From Elusimicrobiota bacterium (lineage in GTDB: Bacteria > Elusimicrobiota > Elusimicrobia > UBA1565), in the NCBI GenBank assembly GCA_043819795.1, contig JBDREN010000222.1:1-64000 (forward strand): 64,000 nucleotides of DNA, read 5' to 3'. Made by a program: the position numbers and the translations under genes. Below the pieces are notes generated by a model. That model made no database searches. It had not been told where the DNA came from and saw only the letters and a list, made by a program, of their open reading frames with translations. Positions 1 to 11,464 of the stretch are shown here, piece after piece; position 1 is the stretch's first letter; every line of letters begins with the position of its first letter.

Positions 1-1
1 C

Positions 2-316
2 GCCTTCGCCGGCCTGTGGGACCGGTGGCGCGTCCCCGGGGAGACGCCGCTAGACACCTTCACGGTCCTGACGACCTCGGCCAACAGCTTGGTGGCCGAG
101 GTGCACGCCCGCATGCCGGTCATCCTTCGGGAAGACGACGAGGCACTCTGGCTCGACCCTGAAGCCGATAGGGAGAGTCTCGCCGCGCTGCTCGTCCCCT
201 TTCCGGAGAGTCCCCTTAGATCCTATGCCGTGACTCCGCGCGTCAACTTTCCCGAGAACGACGACGCCGCCTGCGTGCGCGCCGCCGAGGACACCCAGCC
301 GGAGTTAGGCCTGTAG
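2..316 (+). CDS. SOS response-associated peptidase (SRAP/YedK/HMCES family), C-terminal part; 5' end outside window
   Basis: Frame open from base 2: AFAGLWDRW...TFTVLTTSANSLVAEVHARMPVIL...WLDP...V..RVN..ND, the characteristic SRAP C-terminal motifs. Confidence 0.88.
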   Translation, partial: AFAGLWDRWRVPGETPLDTFTVLTTSANSLVAEVHARMPVILREDDEALWLDPEADRESLAALLVPFPESPLRSYAVTPRVNFPENDDAACVRAAEDTQPELGL

Positions 317-326
317 AGAGCCGGCC

Positions 327-2306
327 TTACGCGGCCCCGAGATTCTTCTTGGCGCCGTCCCAGGAGATGAAGTAGAGCTCGCGGCCGGTGTGGAAGAAGA
401 GGCCTCCTTCCGCCAGCTGGACGGTCTCATCCTCGTGCCAGCTCCGCCGCCTCTGGCTCTTGGGGAGCCCCCATATTTTCAGGAGCTTTCCGCTTGTGTT
501 GTCCAGCATGGCCAGGAAGCGGTCGTCCGCGATCAGCCAGGCGTTCGAGCGAGTGACGTGGACGACTCGGGCATGCTTGGAGTCCGTCCCGAGCTTTTGG
601 AGGGCCGGGCCTGCGGCCACGGGAGGCACGTGGGTATTGTCGGGCGTCACGAGATGCAGAGTCGTGCCGTTCCGCCACCCCCATAGACTTTCGTCGGCGT
701 TGTTTTCGAGCCGGTAGAAGGTGTTCTGGTCTCCATGCCATCCGGTCGCGACTGTCCCGTCCGGATGGCAGATGCTCCGGGCTCTGCGGCCCTCCCCAAG
801 GTCCACGACGAACGACAAGTGCAGCGGAGGATTTGGCGGTAGGGCGATCTTCTCATGATAAGAGAGGAGGACCCTGCCGGGAAGCCTGCAGCGCCGGATC
901 GTGCCGTCGGGGCTTTTTCGAACCAAGGTGCGCTTGTCCGCGCTTAGGGTGATGACGTTGCCGGAGCCTTCCCAGCCTTTACTCAAGAATTCCGTCTCAT
1001 TGTCTCCCATCGGCGACCATCGGGGTCGTCCTCCCTTTTCCGGAAGCGCGGCGTAGAGGTTCGACTCGCCGGCCGGTCCCCAGGCCAGCATCCCGAGCTC
1101 GGGCCCGCGATGAGCCAAGCGAAAGGGCCGCGGATCGGATGGGCGCCGGCTGATGCTGGTGTGGAGGCTGAGGAGCCCGGTAGGCCTGCCGTGCCATAGC
1201 TGATAGTATTCGAGTGCCGCGGCTTTCCTGTCCTCGGGAACGCGGACCAATGCCCACAAGATTCCCTCTTTGTCCCAGGCGACGGATACGATGTTGTCCC
1301 ACCATGGGAGGTGCACGATGTTCATGAGCGTCCGGCGCTGTCCCTGGATCAGGGTCGTCCGTTCGCCTTCCGGGGTGATCCAGACCAGCTTGCCCGCCAG
1401 GGATTTAAGCAGAGCCCCGTGAGAGGCTGCCCGCCGCGCCTTGACGGGGACGGTCAGATCGCGGCGCCGTTCCGTCCATGAGCGGAAGCCGTTGAAATCC
1501 GAGACCATATAGAGCGCCCCGGTGAGCCGGTGGAACGTAAATGAGAGGGCGCCGACCGAGGCGACGCTTCCGGCCGCCAGGGCCGCGGCGATCAGAAGGC
1601 CCTTCTTCCATCCCTCCTTGGGCCGGCGCTCGACCCAGGGGGCCGTATGGGCCAAGGCCAGGCCGCCGCCTGCGAGGGCGATGACGATGGCGGGGGTTCC
1701 CAGGTCCGCGAACGGCGCCCGGTACCCAAACATCGGGATCAGGCTGAACCCGAAACCCAAGGCCGCGACCGCCGGCCCCGCGAACAGCACGCCCAGGAAG
1801 CCCCCGATGATGGCCTGCTTGAATGCGTAGGCGCAGGTGAAGCTGACGACCAGGAGATAGGCGATCGTGAAGAGCGTCATCGCGAAGAACGTCCGGAGGA
1901 ACGTGGGTTTGACCCAGTTATCCTGCGACAGGAGGGTCTCACGCCATGCCGGGCTGACCACGAACGAGACAAGGAGCACCAAGAGGGCCAATAGAAGCAG
2001 GTGAATCCCTCCGGCCAGCACCGCCGCGGCCGCCTTCTTCCGGGGAGAGACGGGAAGAAGCGCCTCCGCCTCGCGCACCGGTTCCGCCCGCAGGCCGGCC
2101 CCTCCCGAGGCCCCGAAGAGCACGGTGATGCCGGGGAGGCCCGCCAAGGTCCAGAACAGGAGGGCCGCGTTGAGCGCCTGGGCCGCCGAATAATCGCTCA
2201 TGGTCGAGAGCATGGCGGCGAAGGGCATCGAGAGCAGGAACGCGCATCCCATCCCGATGAAGAGCGTCCGGTTCTTGCGCAGCTCGAGAGCGATATAGCT
2301 AGTCAT
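327..2306 (-). CDS. ABC exporter permease-like membrane protein with a large C-terminal soluble domain
   Basis: About 7-8 hydrophobic segments in the first ~260 aa, N-terminal ELRK motif and LLPVSP loop typical of ABC-2 permeases; overlaps the stop of the upstream ABC ATPase. Confidence 0.65.
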   Translation of the reverse strand: MTSYIALELRKNRTLFIGMGCAFLLSMPFAAMLSTMSDYSAAQALNAALLFWTLAGLPGITVLFGASGGAGLRAEPVREAEALLPVSPRKKAAAAVLAGGIHLLLLALLVLLVSFVVSPAWRETLLSQDNWVKPTFLRTFFAMTLFTIAYLLVVSFTCAYAFKQAIIGGFLGVLFAGPAVAALGFGFSLIPMFGYRAPFADLGTPAIVIALAGGGLALAHTAPWVERRPKEGWKKGLLIAAALAAGSVASVGALSFTFHRLTGALYMVSDFNGFRSWTERRRDLTVPVKARRAASHGALLKSLAGKLVWITPEGERTTLIQGQRRTLMNIVHLPWWDNIVSVAWDKEGILWALVRVPEDRKAAALEYYQLWHGRPTGLLSLHTSISRRPSDPRPFRLAHRGPELGMLAWGPAGESNLYAALPEKGGRPRWSPMGDNETEFLSKGWEGSGNVITLSADKRTLVRKSPDGTIRRCRLPGRVLLSYHEKIALPPNPPLHLSFVVDLGEGRRARSICHPDGTVATGWHGDQNTFYRLENNADESLWGWRNGTTLHLVTPDNTHVPPVAAGPALQKLGTDSKHARVVHVTRSNAWLIADDRFLAMLDNTSGKLLKIWGLPKSQRRRSWHEDETVQLAEGGLFFHTGRELYFISWDGAKKNLGAA

Positions 2307-3189
2307 GGGAGCCTCCGTTCGTCTTCTTGAGAAGGAATTTTAAAGTCTGCTCCAGGGGCACGGGCGTCCGCTCGATGTTCTCGAAGATGCCGGACGCGGC
2401 GAGCATGTCGGCCACGGCCTTCTCAAAGGCGATCAGCTCCGTGAGCGGCTTGGCCGCCGGCAGCTCGGCGACGGGCATTCCCGCCGGCAGCCGGGCGCCC
2501 TCTTTCAGGCGCCCCGTGATCCGGCAGGCCTGGGTCCTGAGCGTCTCGACTTGATGGACGCCGTGGACGGCCCCGTTCGCCAGCACCCAGATCTCGTCGA
2601 GAACCCCGGAGAGCTCCTCCATGCGGTGGTTGGCCACCAGGATGCTCTTGCCGGAATCGTGCAGCTCGCCGATCATGTGGCTCAGGACGTCCTCGCGCAC
2701 CAAGGCGTCGAGCCCGGATGTGGGCTCGTCCAGCAGGAAGAGCTCCGGATCGTGGGCCGCGGCGCAGACCCAGGCGGTCTTGCCCAACGTTCCCTTGCTC
2801 GCGCCGCGGATACTGGTCTCGACGGGGAGCTCCATCTGCTTGGCCATGGCCAGGGCCTTGTCCATGCGCCACCCTTTGAAGAATCGGGCACGGAGGCCGA
2901 AGACCTCGCCGACCGTCATGAAGTCATGGAAGGCCGGACGCTCGGGGACATAGCCCACCTTCTGCCGGATGGCTCCTGTTCCGTCCGGTCTCATCCCCAG
3001 GACCTCCACCTCGCCTGCGTCCGTGGCGAGCATGTCGAGCATGATCTTGAACAGGGTGGTCTTGCCCACGCCGTTGCGTCCCAGCAGCCCCACCACCTTG
3101 CCGGGGGCCGCGGTCGCGGTGACGCCGGCGAGTACCTTCTTCCGTCCGAAAGAGCGGGTGACGTCATTGAGAGCGATGACGGGCCTCAT
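2299..3189 (-). CDS. ABC transporter ATP-binding protein (YtrB/YhcG-like)
   Basis: Walker A GRNGVGKTT, Walker B LFLLDEPTSGLD, degenerate signature ASKGT; ATG at 3189 overlaps the GntR stop (ATGA). Confidence 0.9.
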   Translation of the reverse strand: MRPVIALNDVTRSFGRKKVLAGVTATAAPGKVVGLLGRNGVGKTTLFKIMLDMLATDAGEVEVLGMRPDGTGAIRQKVGYVPERPAFHDFMTVGEVFGLRARFFKGWRMDKALAMAKQMELPVETSIRGASKGTLGKTAWVCAAAHDPELFLLDEPTSGLDALVREDVLSHMIGELHDSGKSILVANHRMEELSGVLDEIWVLANGAVHGVHQVETLRTQACRITGRLKEGARLPAGMPVAELPAAKPLTELIAFEKAVADMLAASGIFENIERTPVPLEQTLKFLLKKTNGGSHD

Positions 3190-3557
3190 TTTTCCTCCCC
3201 TTTGACCTTCCTCACTAGCGATTCGATGTCCGGCCAAACAAGCCCTCCCCGCCTGGCCAGCCGCAGGGACTCCCGGAGCCCGAGGCGCACGGCGTCGAGC
3301 CCGTCCTGGGCTTGGCGCTGGGCCGTGGCCGAGATGTAGTTGCCCTCGCCGCGCCGGGACTCGAGAAAGCCCTCCATGGACAGCTCCCGGAACGCTCGGG
3401 CCACGGTATTGGGATTGACGCGCAGGGTCTCGGCCAGGGCGCGGATGGAGGGGGCCTGGTCTCCGGGCCGCAGGAGGCCCTTGGCCACCATCCCTTTCAA
3501 ACCGGCCTTGATCTGGTCGTAGATCGGTACGGGCGAGCTTTGGTCTATTTGGATCAT
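3186..3557 (-). CDS. ytrA: GntR-family transcriptional regulator, YtrA subfamily
   Basis: 123 aa; PIYDQI...PGD..PSIRALA..LRVNPNTVARAFREL...GF..SRRGEG; heads an ABC ATPase/permease operon. Confidence 0.9.
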   Translation of the reverse strand: MIQIDQSSPVPIYDQIKAGLKGMVAKGLLRPGDQAPSIRALAETLRVNPNTVARAFRELSMEGFLESRRGEGNYISATAQRQAQDGLDAVRLGLRESLRLARRGGLVWPDIESLVRKVKGEEK

Positions 3558-3576
3558 TCGCGGTGCCGTGTCTTTG

Positions 3577-3600
3577 ACTGTACTAGTGTTCTAGTACAGT
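3577..3600. promoter_or_regulatory. Palindromic operator, probably the YtrA autoregulatory site
   Basis: Perfect 10-bp inverted repeat ACTGTACTAG-TGTT-CTAGTACAGT immediately downstream of the -10 box; TGTA...TACA core resembles YtrA-type operators. Confidence 0.75.
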
Positions 3601-3629
3601 AGTATAAAGGAAGCGGCTCGTCTTGTCAA
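3601..3629 (-). promoter_or_regulatory. Sigma70-type promoter of the ytrA-ABC operon
   Basis: Minus strand TTGACA (3629-3624), 17 bp spacer, TATACT (3606-3601). Confidence 0.8.
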
Positions 3630-3675
3630 GGCCCATTTGGCGGGACGGGCGGAGTGGGGCGGCGCGCCCCGGCGA

Positions 3676-4670
3676 TTACTTGGGCAGGTTCTCGGCGTAG
3701 TGGCAGGCCACCAGGTGCCTGCCGCGGCTGGAGCTCGGCGCGTCCTGGAGCGCGGGGACCTCGGCCTTGCACAGCTTCTGGGCGTACGGGCAGCGGGTAT
3801 GGAAGTTGCAGCCCGGAGGGGGGGTCCGGGGGCTCGGAACATCGCCCTCCAAGACCTGCCTGCCGCTTTTGTCGCTCGTGGGGTCCGGGACCGGGATGGC
3901 CGAGAGCAGGGCCTGCGTGTATGGATGAAGGGGCTTCTTGTAGATGGCGTCGGCGTCCGTGAACTCGACGATCTTGCCCAGGTACATGACCGCGATCCGG
4001 TCCGACACGTGCTTGACCACCGCGAGGTCGTGGGCGATGAAGAGGTAGGTCAGGCGCATCTCGCGCTGGAGCTTGAGCAGGAGGTTCAGGATCTGCGACT
4101 GGATCGAGACGTCGAGCGCCGAGACGGGCTCGTCGCAGACGATGAGCTTGGGCTCGAGGGCGATCGCGCGGGCGATGCCGATGCGTTGTCTCTGGCCTCC
4201 CGAGAACTCGTGGGGGAAGCGGTCCATGGCGGCTTGCGACAGGCCGACCTTCGCGAGCAGCTTCTTGGCCTGCTCCTTCCTCCATCCGGGCTCGCCGATC
4301 TTGTGGATGATGAAGGGCTCCTGGAGGATATGGCCCACCGTGTGGCTGGCGTTGAGCGACTCGAAGGGGTCCTGGAAGATGATCTGGATGTCCTTGCGCA
4401 CCCGGCGGAGCTCTCTTCTCTTGAGGGCGGCCAGGTCCTTCCCTTCGAACAATACCTGCCCGCTGGTGGGGTCGTCCAGGCGCAGGATGGTCTTGCCCAG
4501 CGTGCTCTTGCCGCAGCCGGACTCGCCGACCAGCCCGACCGTCTCGCCCGGCTTCACGTTGAAGGAGACGCCGTCCACCGCGTAGACCGTGGCGATCTGG
4601 CGGAAGAGGACCCCGCCGTGGATCGGGAAGTGCTTCTTGAGGTCCTTGACCTCCATGAGGTAGCCGGGCA

Positions 4671-4671
<1 letters not shown>
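3676..4671 (-). CDS. oppF: Oligopeptide/dipeptide ABC transporter ATP-binding protein (OppF/DppF-like)
   Basis: GESGCGKST, FSGGQRQR, CDEPVSALDV, C-terminal HPYT...GCNFHTRCP...ACH oligo-HPY domain. Confidence 0.93.
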
Positions 4672-5648
<977 letters not shown>

Positions 5649-5662
5649 TGTGCGGTCCTCTC

Positions 5663-7480
5663 TCAGTCGGGCCTGTAGCGCTTGTCGATGATGGTCACGG
5701 TGGGGAACTTCTCGCCTGCCGAGCGCGCCTTCTTCGTGCGCTCCTTTTCGCCTTTATCGATCCAGAAGAGGCCGCCCCAATCGCCGTCGAAAGGATAGGA
5801 GAAGGGGTCCTCCGAGTGCTTGGTGGCCGGGACCTCGGGGAACTTGACGTAGCGCCAGTAGGCTACGCGGATGTACGGGACCATCACCCTGGGGATGAAG
5901 TAGGCCCCGTCATAGATGCGCTGCTGGATCTTGTGCGCGATCTGCGCCTTCTCGTCCTCCATGTACGCCGCCCGGTAGGCGTCGATGAGCCGGTCCATCT
6001 CCGGGTCGTCGGTATTGGAGAAGTTGTTGGTTTGCGGCTTGTGGGCGTTCTTCGAGTGGTACTGCCCCCAGTACTGCGGCCGGTCCATGGCGCCCCAGCC
6101 GCTCCAGGCGATCTCGTGTCTTTTCTCCAGCATGGTCTTGAAGGACGCCGCGGAGTCCAAAAGCTGGAGCGTGAGCTCGATGCCGGCCTTCTTCGCCTCC
6201 TCCTTGAGCACCACGAGCCGGTCGGCGTGATGCTTCGAGCCGTAGGTGACGCGTGCGGAGAGGCGCTTGCCGTCCTTGATCCGGATGCCGTCGGGCCCGC
6301 GTTCGACCCACCCGGCCTTCTTGAGATACTTGTCGGCCAGGTCCAGGTCGAACGCGCGCGCCCGGATCTTCTTGTTGGTGTATTTCCCATGGCCGGTCGT
6401 GTTGGTATGCAGCCGCTCGTAGTCTCCGCGCAGGACCGTCTCGATCACCTTGTCGATGTTCATGGAGTGCTGGAAGGCCAGGCGCACGTTCTCGTCCTTG
6501 AAGAGGTCCACGTCCATGTTCAGCCACATGCCGTAGACCGGCTGGGGCCGGTCGTGGTAGAACCAGAGCTTGTGGATGTAGCCGTCGTCGAAGAGCTTGC
6601 CCGTGGCCTTCTTGTGCCAGAACTCGGGCAGGACGAGGGCGAACCCGTCTATTTTGCCCTTCTTGAAGTGCTCCCAGGCGATATTCATGTCGCGGATGAC
6701 CGTTATCCTGACGCGGTCGGGGTTGAAGCGGTTCTTGAAGTACTTAAGGTCCTTGGCCCACCAGTCCTTCTTGCGCGTGAAGACGATGTGCTTGCCTTTC
6801 CGGATCTCCGAGATCTGGTAGGGGCCGGTGTTGGGCTCGATCTTCCAGTTGTAGTCCCGGACCCATTTCTCGTCGAGCTTATGGAAGTGCCGGGGCCGGG
6901 GGTTGAACGCGTAATAGTAGTGCATGTCCTTCGCGGTCTTCTTCTCGTTGCCCACGACTGCGAAGGTGTGGTCGTCGTAGACGATCACCTTGTCGAACTT
7001 TTCGGTGTAGTACGTGTTATACCAGGGGGCGACGATGTGCTTGGACCGCATGAACTCCAAAGCGAAGGCGAAGTCCGGGGCCGTGACCGGCTTGCCGTCG
7101 GACCAGCGGGCCCTCTTGTCGAGCTTGAAGTAGATGGTCTTGTGGTCGTCGCCGTGGGCCCAGTGGGTGGCCAGGCCCGGGACGATGTTGCCCGTGTTGG
7201 GGTGGACGTACGTGAGCTGGACCTGGTTGTTCAGGAGATAGGACCGGAAGGAGCCGTTGGAGTCGGGCCCCACGGTGCGCAGCGTGAGGGGGAACGACAG
7301 CATGTAGGTGTTGAACGTCCCGCCCTTCTCGGCTTGGGGGGAGGCGAAGACCGGGTCGCTGTCGTTGGTCTCCCACTTGACGCCGGCGGGCAGTTCGGCC
7401 GCCCCGGCCGCGATGCCCGGCGTCAGGAGGATGGCGGCGAGTACGAGGGTCGGCGCGTTGTTCATGGGAGCTCCTTTCAT
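5663..7480 (-). CDS. Peptide ABC transporter substrate-binding protein (family 5, YejA/OppA-like)
   Basis: Signal peptide; [42 protein letters not shown] motifs; operon context. Confidence 0.9.
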   Translation of the reverse strand: MKGAPMNNAPTLVLAAILLTPGIAAGAAELPAGVKWETNDSDPVFASPQAEKGGTFNTYMLSFPLTLRTVGPDSNGSFRSYLLNNQVQLTYVHPNTGNIVPGLATHWAHGDDHKTIYFKLDKRARWSDGKPVTAPDFAFALEFMRSKHIVAPWYNTYYTEKFDKVIVYDDHTFAVVGNEKKTAKDMHYYYAFNPRPRHFHKLDEKWVRDYNWKIEPNTGPYQISEIRKGKHIVFTRKKDWWAKDLKYFKNRFNPDRVRITVIRDMNIAWEHFKKGKIDGFALVLPEFWHKKATGKLFDDGYIHKLWFYHDRPQPVYGMWLNMDVDLFKDENVRLAFQHSMNIDKVIETVLRGDYERLHTNTTGHGKYTNKKIRARAFDLDLADKYLKKAGWVERGPDGIRIKDGKRLSARVTYGSKHHADRLVVLKEEAKKAGIELTLQLLDSAASFKTMLEKRHEIAWSGWGAMDRPQYWGQYHSKNAHKPQTNNFSNTDDPEMDRLIDAYRAAYMEDEKAQIAHKIQQRIYDGAYFIPRVMVPYIRVAYWRYVKFPEVPATKHSEDPFSYPFDGDWGGLFWIDKGEKERTKKARSAGEKFPTVTIIDKRYRPD

Positions 7481-7481
7481 T

Positions 7482-8534
7482 CTATTCGTAGTACGTATGT
7501 TTCCTCGGGTCGTAGGCTTCTCGGACGGCCTCCCCGACGAAGGTCACCATGGTCAGCAGGACGATCATGGTCGCGATGACGGAGCATGAGATCCATAGGG
7601 CGTCGAGGTTCGCCGTGCCCTGGCGGAGCAGCTCGCCCCAGCTCGGCGTGGGCGCCGGGAGGCCGAAGCCCAGGTAGTCGAGCGAGGTCAAGGCGATCAC
7701 GCCCGCGGATATGGAGAAGGGGACGAAGGTCACGATGATCGAGACCGAGTTCGGCAGGATGTGGTGGAAGATGATGTGGATGTCGGAGGCGCCGAGCGCG
7801 CGGGCGGCGAGCACGTACTCGCGGTTCTTCTGCTTGTAGGTGGAGGTCCGCATGTACCAGGTCATCTGCATCCAGCCGAAGAAGAGCATGATGGCCATCA
7901 GGGTGAAGAAGTTCGGGATCATGATCGAGGAGACGATGATGATGATGTACAGGAAGGGCACGTTGGACCAGATCTCGATGATCCGCTGGAAGAAGAGGTC
8001 GAACTTTCCCCCGAAATAGCCCATGATGCAGCCCATCGAGACCCCGACCGTGTAGTTGCATATGAGAAGCAGCAGCGAGAAGATGATGGCGATGCGGAAG
8101 CCGTAGACGACGCGGGCCGCCACGTCCCGCCCGGAGGTGTCGGTGCCGAGATAGTGCCCGTCCTCGAGGGAGGGGGCCGCCGGGGGGTATTCGTCCTCCT
8201 TAAAGTCGTTCTCGAAGGCGTTGTACGGGACGAGGGGCATGATCACGAAGTCGCCCTTGCCGCCCTCTTCGCGGAGCTTCTTGCGCAGCTCCCGGTACTT
8301 GGTCTCGTATTCGTAGTCGAGCCCGAAGGTCGTCCCCGGGATCATGGACCCGTAGGTGGGAAAGTGGAGCTTGCCCTGATAGCGGACCGCGAGCGCGCGG
8401 TTGTTGACGAAAAGCTCCGCGAAGAACGAGAGGGATATGGCGACGGCCAGGAAGATGGCCGAGTAGTAGCCCCTCTTGATCGAGCGGAAGCGCTTGAGCT
8501 TTTTCGCGGTCAGCGGATCGAGCCTGAAAGCCAT
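7482..8534 (-). CDS. Peptide ABC transporter permease (OppC/YejE-like)
   Basis: Start at MAFRLDP (ATG 8534); HYLGTDTSGRDV, EYVLAARALGAS (EAA loop), LDYLGFGLP..PSWGELL. Confidence 0.92.
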   Translation of the reverse strand: MAFRLDPLTAKKLKRFRSIKRGYYSAIFLAVAISLSFFAELFVNNRALAVRYQGKLHFPTYGSMIPGTTFGLDYEYETKYRELRKKLREEGGKGDFVIMPLVPYNAFENDFKEDEYPPAAPSLEDGHYLGTDTSGRDVAARVVYGFRIAIIFSLLLLICNYTVGVSMGCIMGYFGGKFDLFFQRIIEIWSNVPFLYIIIIVSSIMIPNFFTLMAIMLFFGWMQMTWYMRTSTYKQKNREYVLAARALGASDIHIIFHHILPNSVSIIVTFVPFSISAGVIALTSLDYLGFGLPAPTPSWGELLRQGTANLDALWISCSVIATMIVLLTMVTFVGEAVREAYDPRKHTYYE

Positions 8535-8542
8535 TCCGGTCT

Positions 8543-9562
8543 CTATTTGAACTGCACCCGGGGATCGACGAACGCCACGCAGATGTCCGAGAGGATGTTC
8601 CCGATGAGGAACAGGAGCGAGGAGATCACCAGGATCCCGAGCACGATGGGGTAGTCCCGCTCGACCACCGACGTGAACCCGAGCAGGCCGAAGCCGTCGA
8701 TGTTGAAGATGGTCTCCACGAGGAACGAGCCCATCAGGATCAGGGAGATGTTGTTGCCGAAATGGGTGGCGACGGGGATGAGGCTGTTGCGTAAGGCGTG
8801 CTTCAGGACCGCCCTGCGGAAGGGAAGGCCCTTGGCGATGGCCGTGCGCACGTAGTCGGCCGCCAGGTTGTCCATCAGGGAGTTCTTCATGAGGAACGTC
8901 ATCACCGCGAAGCTCCCGGCCATGTAGGCGGTGAGGGGCAGCACGGCGTGGTAGGCGATGTCCCCGATCTTGCCCAGGAGCGTCAGGTCCTCGAACTCGT
9001 CTCCCACGAACCCCCCCAGGGGGAAGACCTCCCAGTATCCGGCGAAGAGCACGAGCACCAGTATGCCCACCACGTAGTTGGGGATGGCGTAGCCCACGAA
9101 GACGAGCACGGACGTGGCGTTGTCCATCACGGACTTGTGCTTGATGGCCTTGAGCACGCCCAGGGGGATGCACACCACGTAGGTCAGGAACATCGTGCAG
9201 GCTCCGTAGAAGATGGAAACGGGGAGCCGGCCCTTGATGATTTCCCAGACGGGCTCGCCGTACCGGGTCGAGGTCCCCAGGTCGAGCATCAGGACCTTTT
9301 TCAGCCAGAGGACGTAGCTGATGAGGATCGGCTTGTCCAGGCCGTAATAGCGCTTGAGCTCCTCGATCTGGTCGTCGGAGAGGGCCGCCGCGCCCACGCG
9401 GTCGGAGCCGGCCATGGTGTCGCCCGTCATCTGCTGGGCCGCGGCGATCATCCGCTCCACGGGCCCGCCGGGCACGAAGCGCGTCACCGCGAAGACCATC
9501 ATGGTCACCCCCAGGAATGTGGGGATGATGAGCAAAAAGCGCCGGGCGAAGTATGCGGTCAT
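8543..9562 (-). CDS. Peptide ABC transporter permease (OppB/YejB-like)
   Basis: YFARRFLLIIPT, VPGGPVE, YGLDKP, DYVRTAIAKGL, ETIFNIDGFG, RDYP, DPR motifs. Confidence 0.93.
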   Translation of the reverse strand: MTAYFARRFLLIIPTFLGVTMMVFAVTRFVPGGPVERMIAAAQQMTGDTMAGSDRVGAAALSDDQIEELKRYYGLDKPILISYVLWLKKVLMLDLGTSTRYGEPVWEIIKGRLPVSIFYGACTMFLTYVVCIPLGVLKAIKHKSVMDNATSVLVFVGYAIPNYVVGILVLVLFAGYWEVFPLGGFVGDEFEDLTLLGKIGDIAYHAVLPLTAYMAGSFAVMTFLMKNSLMDNLAADYVRTAIAKGLPFRRAVLKHALRNSLIPVATHFGNNISLILMGSFLVETIFNIDGFGLLGFTSVVERDYPIVLGILVISSLLFLIGNILSDICVAFVDPRVQFK

Positions 9563-9646
9563 GTCAGTCGGTCCGCCCCATTTTACAAGTTATGAGGCGC
9601 GGCAAGGCACCCGCGGAGCCTCGGGCGGCGGGCGTGGCCGTAAAGA

Positions 9647-9673
9647 GGCGACCCCGCGGATCGCGGGGTCGCC
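9647..9673 (-). terminator. Probable intrinsic terminator after the Dabb gene
   Basis: 12-bp GC-rich stem GGCGACCCCGCG/CGCGGGGTCGCC followed on the minus strand by TCTTTA. Confidence 0.5.
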
Positions 9674-9700
9674 GTCGCGGCCGGGGGCCGCGGTTCGCCG

Positions 9701-9991
9701 TTAGGTGGATTTGTAGTCGACGGCGGCGATCTGCTCGCAGAGTGGCCGGAGCTCCTCCAGGACCTCGGCGTGGAACGGGTGGCTCTTGTAGGCCTGGAGG
9801 TCCTTCATCGAGTCGAACTTCGCCAGAAGGACGAGGTCGTAGGTGTGCTGGCCGCGAAGGAGGTCCACGCCGACCTCCAAATACCGCAGCTGCGGCACCT
9901 TCCCGTCCATGCTCTGCAGAAGGTCGTGGGCCTTCTCGATGTCTTCCGGGGTCCTGTTTTTGACTTTGATGAATACGACGTGCGTGACCAC
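9701..9991 (-). CDS. Dabb family (stress-responsive A/B barrel) protein
   Basis: 96 aa; VTHVVFIK...EVGVD...YDLVL...FDS..DLQAY..HPFH...VDY. Confidence 0.88.
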   Translation of the reverse strand: MVTHVVFIKVKNRTPEDIEKAHDLLQSMDGKVPQLRYLEVGVDLLRGQHTYDLVLLAKFDSMKDLQAYKSHPFHAEVLEELRPLCEQIAAVDYKST

Positions 9992-10029
9992 GCGAATGCT
10001 CCTTAAAGAGCGGCGTCCGACGCGGCCGG

Positions 10030-11307
10030 TCAGACCGCTTCGAGCGCCTGTTCGATGTCGGCGATGATGTCCTCCGGGTTCTCGACGCCGATCGAGAAGC
10101 GGACCATGTTGTCCGTGACGCCCATGCTCTCCCGGTTTTCCCTGGGCACGTCCGAGTGCGTCATGGCGGCCGGATGCTCGGCGAGAGACTCCGTCCCTCC
10201 GAGGCTGACGGCGAGCTTGATGATCTTGAGCGCGTCGAGCAGCCGGAACGCCTCAGCCTCCCCGCCCTTGACCTCGAAAGCGAGCATCGAGCCGGGAGCC
10301 GCGCATTGAGATCGGTATATCCGGAACTGCTCCGTGTCCTGCTCCAGCAGTCCGGGATAATAGACCCGCTCGACCTTGGGATGATCCACCAGGAAGTCCG
10401 CGATCTGGCGGGCGTTCTTCGTCTGGCAGGTCATGCGGAGCTTCAGGGTCTCCAGGCTGCGAAGAAGCAGCCAGCCGGTCCAGGGGCCCGGCAGGGTGCC
10501 CAGCACGGTCCGCAGGGTGCGCACGCGCGAGAGCAGCTCTTCGGAGCCCAGGCAGGCCCCGGCCACCACGTCGCTGTGGCCGCCGATGAATTTCGTGGCC
10601 GAATAGACCACTAGGTCGGCCCCGAACTTGATCGGGTGCTGCCAGAGCGGTCCCAGGAAGGTGTTGTCCACCGCGACGAGGGCCTTGCGGCCGGGCTTGG
10701 AATGTTTTTTGGCGAACTCGACGCAAAGGGGGATGTCGACGAGCTTCATCGTGGGGTTGGCCGGGGTCTCGACGAATACCATCGCGAGCCGGTCCGCGGC
10801 GCCCGACTCGGCCAGGGCCCGCTCCATCCCGGCGGCGTCGCAGCCGGCGGGAAATCCCTTGGTCACGATCCCCAAGGTGGGCAGGATCCGGCGGACCAGG
10901 TAGTCCGTGCCCCCGTAGACGGGCTCGCTGTAGAGGATGAGGTCGCCGGGCTTGGCGAACTCCAGCATGATGGTGCTGATGGCCGCCATGCCGCTGTTGA
11001 AGACCGCCGCGGCTTCCGCCTCGTCCCAGAGGGTGAGGCGGTCCTCGAGGATCTCGACGTCCGGGTTGTTGACGCGGCTGTAGATCAGGCCGGTCTCCTC
11101 GGCCGGGCGCTTCTCCCGGAGTCCGTAGGCGAGCTCGAAGAAGCCCTTACCCTCCTCCGCGTTCCTGAATACGAAGGTGGATGTCTGGAAAATCGGGCAC
11201 TTGGCCGCGCCTTCGGAGAGCTTCGGCTTGTATCCGTAGCTCATCATGAGGGTCTCGGGCCGCAGGAGGCGGTCCTTGATATAGGCTTCGTCTTTGCGTT
11301 TGGGCAT
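10030..11307 (-). CDS. PLP-dependent Cys/Met metabolism enzyme (cystathionine gamma-synthase / methionine gamma-lyase family)
   Basis: YSRVNNP, SGMAAI, ETPANPT, VDNTF, YSATKFIGGHSD (PLP lysine), VSLGGTESL, RFSIGVE. Confidence 0.92.
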   Translation of the reverse strand: MPKRKDEAYIKDRLLRPETLMMSYGYKPKLSEGAAKCPIFQTSTFVFRNAEEGKGFFELAYGLREKRPAEETGLIYSRVNNPDVEILEDRLTLWDEAEAAAVFNSGMAAISTIMLEFAKPGDLILYSEPVYGGTDYLVRRILPTLGIVTKGFPAGCDAAGMERALAESGAADRLAMVFVETPANPTMKLVDIPLCVEFAKKHSKPGRKALVAVDNTFLGPLWQHPIKFGADLVVYSATKFIGGHSDVVAGACLGSEELLSRVRTLRTVLGTLPGPWTGWLLLRSLETLKLRMTCQTKNARQIADFLVDHPKVERVYYPGLLEQDTEQFRIYRSQCAAPGSMLAFEVKGGEAEAFRLLDALKIIKLAVSLGGTESLAEHPAAMTHSDVPRENRESMGVTDNMVRFSIGVENPEDIIADIEQALEAV

Positions 11308-11464
11308 ACGCCGACATCTTACGAAACTACGATGCCGATGTCATGGGACTTGGAGCGTTTGAAATCCCTCGCCGAAAGCCTTAAGATGGCGTTGGGGAGC
11401 GTGTCCGAGGCGACAGGCGGACACGCTCTCGGAACGAGGCTGTCCCGACGGAGGAGTTCATCCG

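Noticed and set aside
11308..11464. Several hairpins upstream of the Cys/Met PLP enzyme (e.g. 11-bp stem 11397-11428), possible SAM riboswitch
   Set aside because: I could not find the SAM-I conserved elements on the minus strand; an Rfam scan would settle it
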